This document shows, one piece after another, positions 8,619 to 18,628 of a stretch of 64,000 nt of DNA. Numbering within the stretch: the stretch's first letter is position 1; each line of letters begins with the position of its first letter. The notes below the pieces were generated by a model. It made no database searches and was not told where the DNA came from. It was given only the letters and a program-made list of their open reading frames with translations. The position numbers and the translations under genes are program-made. Location: contig JBGAML010000002.1 in NCBI GenBank assembly GCA_044223005.1, forward strand, positions 266,457-330,456. Direction: 5' to 3'. This DNA comes from Candidatus Eiseniibacteriota bacterium (lineage in GTDB: Bacteria; Eisenbacteria; RBG-16-71-46).

Positions 8619-10973
8619 TTGCGCACCTCACCCCCGAGATTCCTCGCTTCCCTGCTGCTGGCCGCGTCCCTCCTGGGTTCTCTCGCGTCGACCGCGTTCG
8701 CGGCCACCCCGTTCCCGATGGCCAGCGGCAACTACTCCGAGAACTTCTCCGACATCGCCAACTGGACCGCCAACTTCGCTTCCGGCATCGGCGCGCAGTA
8801 CTGGGCGTCCGTGGGCGTCGGCGGCTCGGCCGCGATCCCCGATCCCACGCACACCACCGTGAGCACCGCGGCGTTTACGACCGGCACCACGGGCGGCCTG
8901 CAGAAGGGGAGCGGCAACATCCAGCTGCTCTCGACCAACGGCACCGACTTCACGAACGCGTGCGCGATCGACCTGCTGCTGGACTTCACGGGCATGACCG
9001 CCGGGACGATCAGCTACGACTTCGCGACCGTGTCCAACTCGACCGGCAACCGCAACGGCTCGCTGCGCGTCTACACGAGCATCGACGGCGTCAACTTCAC
9101 CGAGCTGAGCGGGGCGTCGGTCCTCGACTTCACGAACAACGTCGCGTTCACGAAGGCGGTGCAGCTCGTGCAGCTGCCGGCCAACTTCGACAACTGCGCG
9201 ACGGCGCGCATCCGCTTCTACGACTACAACGGCACCGGCCCCGTGGGCTCCTCGGGTGCGCGTCCCAAGGCGTCGATCGACAACGTCGCCGTGACCGGCA
9301 CGCTCATGGGCGGCGGCGGTCCGGCCGGCCCCGTGATCTCGAGCATCTCGACGATCCCCGGTACGCCGCTCGACACGCTGGGCGTCGACGTGCAGGCGAG
9401 CGTGGTCGACACCGCACGCGCGATCAACGCGGTCTCGCTGGCGTGGGGACTCACGAGCGGCTCGCTCTCGAGCGTCATCAGCATGGGGCCGACGACGGGC
9501 AACTTCTGGCAGACCTCGCTGCCGATCCCGCAGCACTCGGGCGGCACGGTCGTCTACTACCAGATCACGGCGGTCGACGATTCGGTCACCGCGACCTCGC
9601 CGATCCTGAGCTTCACCGTCACCGGCACCGGCGGTTCGAGCAGCGGCGCGCCGGTCATCACGTCGGTCTACGAGGCCGGCGACTCCACGCTGCAGGTGTT
9701 CTTCAACACCGCGGTGGACCCGGTCACTTCGCAGATCCCGACCAACTACAGCGTCAACGGCATCGTCGCCACGAACGCGGTGCGCGACGGCTCGCTGCTC
9801 TCGATGGTCACGATCACCGTGCCGGGCATTCCCGCCGGCGACCGCACGCTCACGGTGAACGGCGTCGGTGACCTCGCGGCGCACTTCAACAGCAACGCGA
9901 CGTACGGCTTCCACTGGGTCGACGTCTCGATCCCGGCGGGCTACTACGACAGCGTCACGGGCCTGAAGGGCTACGCGCTGCTCGCCGCGTTGCACTCGAT
10001 CATCAAGGCGCACACGGTGATCAGCTACAGCAACACCGCGAACTGCTTCCCGCGCACGGACCGCCGCCCCGACGGCAACGTCTGGGACGTGTATTCCGAC
10101 ATCCCCGGCGGCACGCCGCCGTACGAGTTCGCGTTCGGTCCCATGGGCTCGGGCGGCAGCGAAGGCATCGCGTACAACCGCGAGCACTCGTTCCCGCAGT
10201 CGTGGTTCGGCGGCAGCGTGTCGCCCATGTACTCGGACCTCTGGATCATCTACCCGACCGATTCCAAGGTGAACGGCATGCGCGGCAACTACCCCTACGG
10301 CGTGGTCGGCACGGCGACCTGGACGTCCCTCAACGGGTCCAAGCTGGGCAGCAGCGCATCGGCCGGATACGGCGGCACGGTGTTCGAGCCGATCAACGGC
10401 TACAAAGGCGATCTCGCCCGCAGCCAGTTCTACGTCTCGACGCGATACTTCACCGAGGACTCGTCCTGGCCGGGGAGCGGCTCGGCGAACAAGTCGCAGC
10501 AGCTGCCCTGGGCCGCGGCGCAGTACCTCGCCTGGAGCGTCGGCGATCCGGTGAGTTGGAAGGAGCGCGTCCGCAACGGCGCGATCTACGAGTACCAGCA
10601 CAACCGCAACCCGTTCGTCGATCATCCCGAGTTCGTGAGCTACATCTACGACTCGACCAACGTCACCGGCGTCGCGCCGACGGCGACGAACCTGGCGACG
10701 ATGCTGCGCCCCGCGAGCCCGAATCCCTTCGGCGCCCGCACGGTCCTCGCGTACGACCTCGCGACGCGCGGCCGCGTCTCGCTGCGCATCTATGACGTGA
10801 CGGGCCGGCTCGTGCGCTCGCTGGTCCCCGGCATGGAGCAGGCGGCCGGGCACTACACGCTCGACTGGGACGGCCGTGACGACGCCGGCGCGTCGACGGC
10901 GGCCGGGCTCTACTTCAGCCGGATCGACGTCGATGGCGCGAGCGACGTGCGGAGACTCGTGCGCGTCCGCTAA
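8619..10973 (+). CDS. Secreted extracellular nuclease-like protein (Endonuclease I-like core) with N-terminal beta-sandwich domains and a T9SS-type CTD
   Basis: A TTG start at 8619 gives the signal peptide RTSPPRFLASLLLAASLLGSLASTAFA. The motif YNREHSFPQSWFGG resembles the EndA/Vvn endonuclease I catalytic region. The C-terminal PNPFGARTVLAYDL...GLYFSRI is the CTD. The 5' part of ORF 7977.. overlaps the kinase gene and I discarded it. Confidence 0.6.
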   Translation: MRTSPPRFLASLLLAASLLGSLASTAFAATPFPMASGNYSENFSDIANWTANFASGIGAQYWASVGVGGSAAIPDPTHTTVSTAAFTTGTTGGLQKGSGNIQLLSTNGTDFTNACAIDLLLDFTGMTAGTISYDFATVSNSTGNRNGSLRVYTSIDGVNFTELSGASVLDFTNNVAFTKAVQLVQLPANFDNCATARIRFYDYNGTGPVGSSGARPKASIDNVAVTGTLMGGGGPAGPVISSISTIPGTPLDTLGVDVQASVVDTARAINAVSLAWGLTSGSLSSVISMGPTTGNFWQTSLPIPQHSGGTVVYYQITAVDDSVTATSPILSFTVTGTGGSSSGAPVITSVYEAGDSTLQVFFNTAVDPVTSQIPTNYSVNGIVATNAVRDGSLLSMVTITVPGIPAGDRTLTVNGVGDLAAHFNSNATYGFHWVDVSIPAGYYDSVTGLKGYALLAALHSIIKAHTVISYSNTANCFPRTDRRPDGNVWDVYSDIPGGTPPYEFAFGPMGSGGSEGIAYNREHSFPQSWFGGSVSPMYSDLWIIYPTDSKVNGMRGNYPYGVVGTATWTSLNGSKLGSSASAGYGGTVFEPINGYKGDLARSQFYVSTRYFTEDSSWPGSGSANKSQQLPWAAAQYLAWSVGDPVSWKERVRNGAIYEYQHNRNPFVDHPEFVSYIYDSTNVTGVAPTATNLATMLRPASPNPFGARTVLAYDLATRGRVSLRIYDVTGRLVRSLVPGMEQAAGHYTLDWDGRDDAGASTAAGLYFSRIDVDGASDVRRLVRVR

Positions 10974-10998
10974 CGGACCGCAAGCACGCGACCTGAGA

Positions 10999-11024
10999 GC
11001 GGCGGCCGCGAGGGTGGCCGCCGC
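10999..11024. terminator. Hairpin downstream of the nuclease-like gene
   Basis: GCGGCGGCC / GGCCGCCGC is a 9-bp perfect stem with an 8-nt loop, located 25 nt after the stop. Confidence 0.35.
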
Positions 11025-11140
11025 GAACGACAAGGGTACCGGCCACCGGCCGGCCGGCGCCGGGTCGCTCGCGTTCACGTGCCGGGCGAACGGGTTACAC
11101 GTGATGTTTCATCTCCCGTGAGAGGGGCGAACCTCGTATC

Positions 11141-13339
11141 ATGAACCGCCCGAGCGCGGGGCCGGGCCCCCCGGCAACGCGCTCCCCGACGACTCCCGAG
11201 GCGACCCGCTCCCGCATGCCCCTCCGGCCGCTGCTGCTCCGAATGCTCCGATCGCGCCGCGCTCACGGCGCGTTCGCGCTGCTGCTCGTCGCCGCGCTCG
11301 CGGCTTCGCGTGCGGATGCGCTCTCGCTGCAGCTGCAGGTGCTCGGCCCCGGCGGTACGCCGGCGGAGGCGCGACTCCAGGTCATCAGCGTGCAGGGCCT
11401 GTCGGTGCCGCACGCGCCGGACGTCGAGCTCATGGCGCACTCGGGGTACAACGGCACCTACTTCTACCCGACGCCGGGCAGCGCGCTGGAACTCGACCCG
11501 GGCACCTACCGCGTGCGCGCGTGGCACGGGCCCGAGTGGTACGGCTACGAGCAGTCCTTCACGCTCGATCGCGACACGACGCTCGTGGTGCAGCTCTCAC
11601 GCATGGTCGACCTGCGCCCGCGTGGCTGGTATTCGGGCGACCTGCATGTCCACGCGGAGCATCCGCCCGTCGAGTACGCGGTGTCGGATGAACGCGCCGT
11701 GAGCATCGCACGCGCGGAAGGACTCTCCGTGCTGCACCTGCTCGACCAGGCGCGCAGCTTCACCGGGCAGGTGTCGACCCTCTCGGATTCGCTGGTGACG
11801 CTCTACTGCACCTACGAGTACCGCAACCAGACCGGCGGCCACGCGGTGTTCGCGGGCCTCACCTCGGCACTCGGCGACGAATGCTGCCTGCCGCCCGAGG
11901 AACCGTGGCCGATGCTGTACGACCTGCATGGATCCCTCGCGGCGCAGGGCGGTCTGATGGTGCTCGCGCATCCCCGCACGACCACGTTCGACGCGCCGCG
12001 GGACGACTGGCCCGGCGCCGGCATGGGACGCGAGATGGCGCTGCTGGGGGCGCTGGGCGGCATGGAAGCCATGGACGCCGTCTCGTACAGCAACGAGCCC
12101 GACGCCGACTGGAGCGATTGGTACGACCTGCTTTCGAGCGGCCTCGACATCCCGCTGTCGGCGGGCACGGACGCCGTGCTCGACTGGTACGACCACCCGC
12201 CGGCGGGCGGCTGGCGCGTCTACGTGCAGGTGGCCGCGGGGACGTCGAGCTTCTATTCGCGCTGGCTCGCCGGGTTGCGCGCCGGGCGGACGTTCGCGAC
12301 GTGCGGTCCGCTGGTCCCGCGCTTCGAGATCTCCGGCGTGGCTCCGGGCGGGACGCTCGCGCTCTCCTCGGACACCCTGCAACGGCCGCTGCGGATCGAG
12401 GCCCGGTGCGAGCACGGGCTCGCGAAGCTCGCGCTGATCGCCGACGGTGCGGAGGTCTGGAGCGCGGCCGTCGGCGGCCGCGAGAGCATCGACACCACGC
12501 TCACGCTCCGCATCACGACTCCGCGGTGGCTCGCGCTGCGCGTCGACGGGGCCAGCAGTCCCCCCGGGCTGAACGGCCTGGCGTCCGTCGGGCACACGAA
12601 CGCGATCCGCGTGACGCTGAACGGAAATCGTCGCCCGCTGGCCACCACCTGCGCCCGGCTCTGGGACGAGGTCCTCGACTGGGAGAACATGCTGATCGGC
12701 GACTCGACGCTGACGGCCGCGCACGCCGATTCGGTGCGCGCGCGCGGCGCCCGGGCGCGCGCCGTCTACGGCAAGCCGTGGGTCACGCGCAGCGGGTCGT
12801 TCCGCATGCTGACTGCCGGGGCCGTGGCGCCGGCGCGCTTCACGTGGCGGCGCTCGACCGACACCGAGGCGAACGATCGCGTGCGCTACCTGGTCGAGGT
12901 CGACACGGCATCCACGTTCCCCGCGCCCATGACCTGGACGTGCGAAGACACCACGCTCGTGGTCTCGCCCGCCAAGCACGGCCCGTGGTGGTGGCGCGTG
13001 ACGGCGATCGACCGCGGCGGCAACAAGCGCGTCGCGCAGAACGCGCCCAAGCTCTCGGGCGACGCGCCGCTCGACGCGCCGCCGCCGATGGCGACCCGCG
13101 CGGCCCGCGCCTATCCGAATCCGGCCCGCAGCGAAGTGCGGCTCGAAGGCTTCTCCGCGGACGCGCGCGTCTTCGACACTGCCGGCCGTGTCGTCGCCTC
13201 CCGCGGGCGCGGCCTCGAGCCCGCGGGCAACGCGTTCACGTGGCGGCTCCGTGGCGCAGGGCGCGCCGTGCCGCCGGGCCTCTACTTCGTCGCCGATCCC
13301 GCGCGGGCCCGGACCACGCGCATCGTCGTCCTGCCCTGA
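11141..13339 (+). CDS. Secreted PHP/CehA-like metal-dependent hydrolase domain protein with an FN3-like region and a T9SS-type CTD
   Basis: YSGDLHVHAEH is a PHP-type His motif. The C-terminus AYPNPARSEVRLEGF...GLYFVAD is the CTD. The start is uncertain: ATG 11141 has a distant GAGAGGGG RBS, while ATG 11243 gives the best signal peptide (MLRSRRAHGAFALLLVAALAASRADA). Confidence 0.55.
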   Translation: MNRPSAGPGPPATRSPTTPEATRSRMPLRPLLLRMLRSRRAHGAFALLLVAALAASRADALSLQLQVLGPGGTPAEARLQVISVQGLSVPHAPDVELMAHSGYNGTYFYPTPGSALELDPGTYRVRAWHGPEWYGYEQSFTLDRDTTLVVQLSRMVDLRPRGWYSGDLHVHAEHPPVEYAVSDERAVSIARAEGLSVLHLLDQARSFTGQVSTLSDSLVTLYCTYEYRNQTGGHAVFAGLTSALGDECCLPPEEPWPMLYDLHGSLAAQGGLMVLAHPRTTTFDAPRDDWPGAGMGREMALLGALGGMEAMDAVSYSNEPDADWSDWYDLLSSGLDIPLSAGTDAVLDWYDHPPAGGWRVYVQVAAGTSSFYSRWLAGLRAGRTFATCGPLVPRFEISGVAPGGTLALSSDTLQRPLRIEARCEHGLAKLALIADGAEVWSAAVGGRESIDTTLTLRITTPRWLALRVDGASSPPGLNGLASVGHTNAIRVTLNGNRRPLATTCARLWDEVLDWENMLIGDSTLTAAHADSVRARGARARAVYGKPWVTRSGSFRMLTAGAVAPARFTWRRSTDTEANDRVRYLVEVDTASTFPAPMTWTCEDTTLVVSPAKHGPWWWRVTAIDRGGNKRVAQNAPKLSGDAPLDAPPPMATRAARAYPNPARSEVRLEGFSADARVFDTAGRVVASRGRGLEPAGNAFTWRLRGAGRAVPPGLYFVADPARARTTRIVVLP

Positions 13340-13354
13340 TCCGCTCCCGCGCCG

Positions 13355-13969
13355 TCAGTGCGCGGCGCGTGCCGCGAGCGGCGCGCGCACGCTGATCGCG
13401 CCGCGCAGGTCCCCGGCCGCATAGCCGGTCGCCTCGTCCGCCGGGTAGCGCTCGGCCAGCAGCGCCCGCACGGGTGGCGAGAGGCGATCGGCCGGGCCGT
13501 GGCAGGCGAGGCAGGGCTCCTGCAGGGCGATCGGCTTCAGGTAGCGGATCTCGGCGCCGCCCTCCGGCGTGGCGACGACGAGCAGCGTCTCGGCGGGCAA
13601 CCGGCCGGCGATGCGATCCGCCTCGAACGCGGCGAGCACCGCGGCTTCGAGCGAATCGGGCGAGTTGCCGGGATTGCGCAGCCGCGTGCCCACGCGCCGA
13701 ACCGTCACGCCATCGCGCTGGTGGGCTTGCGTGCGGACCTGGGCGGAATCGGCGCACACCGCGATCGCGGCGCCGGGCCCGCCACGCTCCAGTTCGCTCT
13801 TGAGCAGCGTCATCAGGTCGCCGCCGAGCGCGTTCGCCGCGGCGCGCACGCGCTGGACGTCCGCGGAGTCGGGGGCCGGAACCGAGTGTGCGACGGGCGC
13901 GTTCGACGAGCAGCCCGCAGCGAGCACCGAGCCGAGCAGGAGCAGAGAGAGAGTGATCGTGGCGTTCAT
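13355..13969 (-). CDS. DUF3365-like lipoprotein with a C-terminal c-type haem-binding motif (CLACH)
   Basis: The start MNATITLSLLLLGSVLAAGCSS is a lipobox. CLACHG matches CxxCH. It lies downstream of the SQR gene on the same strand. Confidence 0.6.
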   Translation of the reverse strand: MNATITLSLLLLGSVLAAGCSSNAPVAHSVPAPDSADVQRVRAAANALGGDLMTLLKSELERGGPGAAIAVCADSAQVRTQAHQRDGVTVRRVGTRLRNPGNSPDSLEAAVLAAFEADRIAGRLPAETLLVVATPEGGAEIRYLKPIALQEPCLACHGPADRLSPPVRALLAERYPADEATGYAAGDLRGAISVRAPLAARAAH

Positions 13970-14194
13970 GTCGGGTGGCAACCGTTTCGGGTGGTGCACG
14001 CCGCGCGGTCGCGCCGCGGGAGCGGTGTGCGCGGGCATGCGATGGAAGGTCGACGTCTCGGGTGCATCGCTCACATCCCCGGCAGGTGCGGCACGCGCCG
14101 CGGGCCTGCACGAGGTGGGTGCGCCGAGCAGTTCTGGACGATTCGCGCCCGCCACGGCGCGCGGGCGCGGCCGAGCGAGCGTGGAACGAATCGT

Positions 14195-14377
14195 TCAGCG
14201 ATGTCCGCGGTGGCTCAGCCCGATGATGCGGATCATGCGCAGGTTGATCTCGACGAAGCGCCACATCTGCCACGGGATGAACGTGCGCCAGAACACCGTC
14301 GACGGCGTGGGCTTCGTCGCGTAGAACGCGGGATCCAGGTGGCGCGGCTTCGCGCGTTCGGCGGGAGTCGTCGTCAT
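14195..14377 (-). CDS. Small (60 aa) hydrophobic protein translationally coupled to SQR
   Basis: Its ATG lies 4 nt after the SQR stop and has a GGAGTGA RBS. The peptide is ...FWRTFIPWQMWRFVEINLRMIRIIGL. I found no family assignment. Confidence 0.4.
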   Translation of the reverse strand: MTTTPAERAKPRHLDPAFYATKPTPSTVFWRTFIPWQMWRFVEINLRMIRIIGLSHRGHR

Positions 14378-14381
14378 GCGC

Positions 14382-15836
14382 TCACTCCGGAATCATGCTC
14401 CAGCCCGGACGCAGCCGGGCCTTGTGCAGGAAGAGGTGGTGGAGAATGATCTTGATCCAGTGGCCCGCGAGCCCGATCTCGCCGAACGTCATGCCGAGAT
14501 CCCGCCCGTACTCGGGATAGCGCTCGAAGTCCGGCACGATGGGGAACACGGTCATCGAGGCCGCGGTGCCGGTGAACGGGTTCGCGCCGGCCGACGCCAC
14601 GCAGGCCGCGCCCATCTCGGCCATCGACGCGCGGTGCGTCGGGGCCTGCGCGCCGCGGATTATGTCGACGATGCTCTGTGCGACCGCCTTGCCGATCATC
14701 GCCGACGGCATGCCCGTCCGCGGCGGGGTGGGCGCGATCGCGACGCCGTTCGGGTTCTGGCGCGGCATCGAGATCGGATGCGGCGGGGCGAACGCGATGC
14801 CCGCCGCGAACACGTTCTTGTACGCGGGCGACTGGTAGGTGCTCGGCCAGTCGCGCGCCGACCACTGCTCGTAGGGCTTCGGCGTGTAGTCCGCGTCGAC
14901 GCGCATGAAGCCGTTCGGCTGGAACATCGTCGACGTGATGTCGGCGCCGGCTCGGTCGAACGCTTTCAGCCCCACGCCCGAGAAGGGCGGGAGCAGCATC
15001 GCGAAGTCGAACGGCTCCTCGTGCTCCTCGCCGGCGAGGTTCGTATAGCGCACCTTGTCCGGCAGGACCTCGAGCACGTGTGCGCGCGTGATCCAGCGCA
15101 GGCCGCGCTCGGCGAAGAGCGACTCCGTGAAGATCTTGCTCGGCGTGACGTAGCCGCCGTGACGCAGGTGGATGCCGCCCATGCCGAAGTCGCCGAGCTC
15201 GTACTCGTTCGAGATCCACGTGATGTCGGCCATGTCCCGCACGCCGCGGGCGCGGAGCTCGAACTCGAGGTTGACGATGTACTCGAACGCCGCGCCCTGG
15301 CACGTGCAGGTGCCGTGACCGGTCCCGATCAGGAACCGCTGGCGCTGACCCTGCTGCATCTTGACGACCGCGGCCTCGAGTGACCGGGACGCCTCGTGGG
15401 CGTGGCTTTCGGTGCAGACCGACAGGCTGTGCCCTTCGGGCCCCAGCCCGGGCGTCGCACCGAAGTTGAGCTTCGGCCCGGTGGCGTTGACCAGCCAGTC
15501 GTACGCGATCTCCTCGCGCTGGCCCTCGCGGCCGGCGAGCGTCGACTCGGCGACGACGAACGGCTTGAGGTCGTCGCCACGGCCCTCGGGGTGGATCTCG
15601 GTCGCCTTCGCCTGCACGAACCGGATGCCCGATTTGGCGTAGACGGGTGCGAGCGGGAAGGTCACCTGCTTCGGCTTCATCAGGCCGACGCCCACCCAGA
15701 TGTTGGACGGGATCCAGTTGTAGGTCGCGCGTGGAGCGACCACGACGACCTCGTGCTCGCGGCCGAGCCAGCGGCGCAGGAACGCCGCGGCCGTGTGGCC
15801 CGATACCCCCGATCCCAGCACCACGATTCGGCTCAT
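14382..15836 (-). CDS. sqr: Sulfide:quinone oxidoreductase (FAD-dependent pyridine nucleotide-disulfide oxidoreductase, SQR type)
   Basis: The start MSRIVVLGSGVSGHTAAAFL is a Rossmann FAD motif with an AGGAGGG RBS. The conserved SQR body is present (GTGHGTCTCQGAAFEY etc.). The competing frame 14374..16026 is Arg-rich nonsense. Confidence 0.8.
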   Translation of the reverse strand: MSRIVVLGSGVSGHTAAAFLRRWLGREHEVVVVAPRATYNWIPSNIWVGVGLMKPKQVTFPLAPVYAKSGIRFVQAKATEIHPEGRGDDLKPFVVAESTLAGREGQREEIAYDWLVNATGPKLNFGATPGLGPEGHSLSVCTESHAHEASRSLEAAVVKMQQGQRQRFLIGTGHGTCTCQGAAFEYIVNLEFELRARGVRDMADITWISNEYELGDFGMGGIHLRHGGYVTPSKIFTESLFAERGLRWITRAHVLEVLPDKVRYTNLAGEEHEEPFDFAMLLPPFSGVGLKAFDRAGADITSTMFQPNGFMRVDADYTPKPYEQWSARDWPSTYQSPAYKNVFAAGIAFAPPHPISMPRQNPNGVAIAPTPPRTGMPSAMIGKAVAQSIVDIIRGAQAPTHRASMAEMGAACVASAGANPFTGTAASMTVFPIVPDFERYPEYGRDLGMTFGEIGLAGHWIKIILHHLFLHKARLRPGWSMIPE

Positions 15837-16024
15837 CGCAGGGTTCCCTCCTGTGGTCCGGCGCGGCGAACAGGCTCCGTCTCGGGGTGAGAGACCCGAG
15901 CGGGCGCGGGGATTCGCGGCCCGGGGAAGGCGCGCCCGGGTCCCGATTGCGGAGGGAAACCGGCTGCGCGACGATGCACGGGCGGCGTGGCCGACGCCGC
16001 CCACCCCCACGCAAGGACGTGTCC

Positions 16025-17365
16025 ATGGACCCTGTCTACTGGCATCGGCTGCAATTCGCGTTCACGATCACCTACCACTACCTGTTCCCGCAGCTCACGA
16101 TGGGCCTCGCACTGCTCATCGCGATCATGAAGACGCTCGGCCGCCGGCCGGGCGGCGGGACGTGGAACGACGCCGCGCGGTTCTGGATCCGGATCTTCGG
16201 GATCAACTTCGCGATGGGCGTCGTGACCGGCCTGCCGATGGAGTTCCAGTTCGGCACCAACTGGGCCGTCTTCGCGCGCACGGCCGGCAACGTGATCGGC
16301 CACACGCTCGGCATGGAAGGCCTGTTTGCGTTCTTCCTCGAGTCGAGCTTCCTCGCGCTGCTCGTCTGGGGCGAGAAGCGGATCGGGCCCACGGGACACT
16401 GGCTCGCCTCGCTCGCGCTGTTCGTGGGCAGCTGGCTCTCGGGCTACCTGATCGTCGCGACGAACGCCTTCATGCAGCACCCCGTCGGCCACGTGGTCGA
16501 CGCCGACGGCACGATCCGGCTCGCCGACTTCGCGGCGTTCGTGTTGAACCCGTGGGCGATCGCCGCGTGGCTGCACACCATGACCGCCGCGGTGGTCACC
16601 GCGTCGTTCGTCGTGGCGGCTGTCGGCGCCTTCTACGTGCTGCGCGGGCAGGACGCGCCGGTCGTGCGCCGCTTCCTCGGGCTCGGCGTCACCGCGGGTC
16701 TCGCCGCGGCGATGATCGTCGCGTTCCCGACCGGCGACCACCAGGCCAAGCTCGTCGCGCGCCACCAGCCGATCGCACTCGCGAGCATGGAGGGCCGCTT
16801 CGAGAGCGGGCCCTACGCGCGCATCACGCTGATCGGCCAGCCCGACGTGGAGAAGCGCCGGATCGACAACCCGCTCCAGGTGCCCGGCATGCTGAGCTTC
16901 CTCGCGTTCGGCGCGTTCCACGCCGACGTGCCGGGGCTCGCGGCGTACCCGCCGGAGCAGTGGCCCGACAATATCGAGCTCCTCTACTACGCGTTCCACG
17001 TCATGGTCGGGCTCGGCACGATCTTCATCGGCATCATGGGACTCGCCGCGTTCCTGCAGCTGCGCGGCGCGCTCGTGCGCACGCGGGCGATGCTCTGGGT
17101 GCTGGTGCTCGCGTTCCCGTTCCCGTACATCGCCACCACCGCCGGCTGGCTGACGGCCGAACTCGGGCGGCAGCCGTGGCTCGTCTACGGGCTGCTGCGC
17201 ACGAGCCACGGCGCGAGCCCGCTCGTGCATCCGGGCAGCGCGCTCTTCACGCTGATCGGCTTCGCCGGGCTCTACCTGGTGCTCGGTCTGCTGTTCCTGT
17301 TCCTGGTCGGGCGTGAAATCGCCCACGGTCCGGTGTCGGGGCACGGGGAGGTGGGCCATGTTTGA
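16025..17365 (+). CDS. cydA: Cytochrome bd ubiquinol oxidase subunit I
   Basis: MDPVYWHRLQFAFTITYHYLFPQLTMGLAL... is the canonical CydA N-terminus; the Q-loop and haem ligands are conserved. It lies divergent from sqr. Confidence 0.9.
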   Translation: MDPVYWHRLQFAFTITYHYLFPQLTMGLALLIAIMKTLGRRPGGGTWNDAARFWIRIFGINFAMGVVTGLPMEFQFGTNWAVFARTAGNVIGHTLGMEGLFAFFLESSFLALLVWGEKRIGPTGHWLASLALFVGSWLSGYLIVATNAFMQHPVGHVVDADGTIRLADFAAFVLNPWAIAAWLHTMTAAVVTASFVVAAVGAFYVLRGQDAPVVRRFLGLGVTAGLAAAMIVAFPTGDHQAKLVARHQPIALASMEGRFESGPYARITLIGQPDVEKRRIDNPLQVPGMLSFLAFGAFHADVPGLAAYPPEQWPDNIELLYYAFHVMVGLGTIFIGIMGLAAFLQLRGALVRTRAMLWVLVLAFPFPYIATTAGWLTAELGRQPWLVYGLLRTSHGASPLVHPGSALFTLIGFAGLYLVLGLLFLFLVGREIAHGPVSGHGEVGHV

Positions 17366-18404
17366 GCTCTGGTACGGCATCGTCGCCGCGATGCTCACGG
17401 CCTACGTGATCCTCGACGGCTTCGACTTCGGCGCCGGCGCCCTGCACCTGTTCGTCGCGCGCGACGATCGCGAGCGGCGCACGGTGCTGGCCGCGATCGG
17501 CCCGTTCTGGGACGCCAACGAGGTGTGGCTGCTCGCCGCGGGCGGCGCGCTGTTCGTGGGCTTCCCGCGCGTGCTCGCCGCGGGGCTCTCGGGCTTCTAC
17601 CTCGCGATCTTCCTCGTGCTCTGGAGCCTCATCCTGCGCGGCATCGCGATCGAGTTCCGCTCGCACGTGCGCGACCGCATGTGGCGTGGCTTCTGGGACG
17701 TGGTGTTCGCGGCCGCGAGCGCGCTGCTCCCGGTGCTGTTCGGCGCCGCGCTCGGCAACGTGATCCGCGGCGTGCCGCTCACCGCCGACGGCTGGTTCCA
17801 GCTCACGCTCTTCACCACGTTCCAGCCACACGGTGCCGTGGGCACGCTGGACTGGTACACGGTGCTTGCCGGTGTCTTCGCGCTCGTTGCGCTGACCGCG
17901 CACGGCGCGCACTTCCTCGCGTGGCGCACCTCCGGAGCGGTGGGCGAGCGCGCGCGGCGCGCGGGCCGCGTGCTCGCGATCGTGCTCGCCGCGCTCTGGC
18001 CCGTGACCACGTGGGCGACGCTCGCGGTCGATCCCGCATTGCTCGCGGCTCTGCCGCACCGGCCGCTGGCGATCGCCGGGCTGCTGCTCGCGATCGGCGG
18101 TACGATCGCGGTCTTCGTGGCGAACGCGCGCGGGCGCATGCTCGCAGCGTTCCTCGGCTCGTGCGCATTCCTCGCCGGCATGCTGGTCGCCACCGCGGCG
18201 AGTCTCTACCCGGTGATGCTGCGCTCGACCATCGACCCGGCGCTCTCGCTCACCGCGACGAACGCCGGCGCGACGTCCGCGGGCCTCGCCACCGCGCTGC
18301 GCTGGTGGCTGCTCGGGATCCCGCTCGTGATCGGGTACTTCACGCTGCTCTTCCGCATCCACCGCGGCAAGGCGCAGCCGGCGGCGGACGGCGAGGGATA
18401 CTGA
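17358..18404 (+). CDS. cydB: Cytochrome bd ubiquinol oxidase subunit II
   Basis: MFELWYGIVAAMLTAYVILDGFDFGAG is the CydB signature. There is an 8-nt overlap with the cydA stop and a GGGGAGG RBS. Confidence 0.9.
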   Translation: MFELWYGIVAAMLTAYVILDGFDFGAGALHLFVARDDRERRTVLAAIGPFWDANEVWLLAAGGALFVGFPRVLAAGLSGFYLAIFLVLWSLILRGIAIEFRSHVRDRMWRGFWDVVFAAASALLPVLFGAALGNVIRGVPLTADGWFQLTLFTTFQPHGAVGTLDWYTVLAGVFALVALTAHGAHFLAWRTSGAVGERARRAGRVLAIVLAALWPVTTWATLAVDPALLAALPHRPLAIAGLLLAIGGTIAVFVANARGRMLAAFLGSCAFLAGMLVATAASLYPVMLRSTIDPALSLTATNAGATSAGLATALRWWLLGIPLVIGYFTLLFRIHRGKAQPAADGEGY

Positions 18405-18443
18405 GCCGCGTCATCAATCCCGTGATCTTCGTCTCGCCCGCGC

Positions 18444-18475
18444 GACGCCCGGCCGGTTCCGCCCGGCCGGGCGTC
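18444..18475. terminator. Hairpin after cydB (13-bp perfect stem)
   Basis: GACGCCCGGCCGG-ttccgc-CCGGCCGGGCGTC lies 40 nt after the cydB stop. It has no strong U-tract, as is usual in high-GC genomes. Confidence 0.35.
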
Positions 18476-18628
18476 GTCGCGTCTCGAACTTCCCGCCACT
18501 TGCGCCGCCGCCCACGGCATGCGCCCCCTGCGGCCAAACGCGCTCCGAGCCGAGACTTCGACGCGATCTCGCCCGGCGGGAGGCGCGTGCCTTCCGCTCG
18601 TCTCCGTCGTCGTCGTGGGAGGGCCGCC

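Noticed and set aside
5258-8731. 1157-aa minus-strand ORF antisense to the Ser/Thr kinase gene; likewise 4096..5964 (-), 8628..11078 (-) and 3146..4804 (-)
   Set aside because: The sense strand carries unambiguous kinase, sigma-factor and nuclease motifs. The antisense translations are Arg/Ala-rich nonsense typical of stop-poor high-GC sequence.
14374-16026. 550-aa alternative frame overlapping sqr, and 15793..17316 (+) overlapping cydA
   Set aside because: The neighbouring frames give a textbook SQR Rossmann start and a textbook CydA N-terminus with proper RBSs. These frames are Arg-rich with no motifs.
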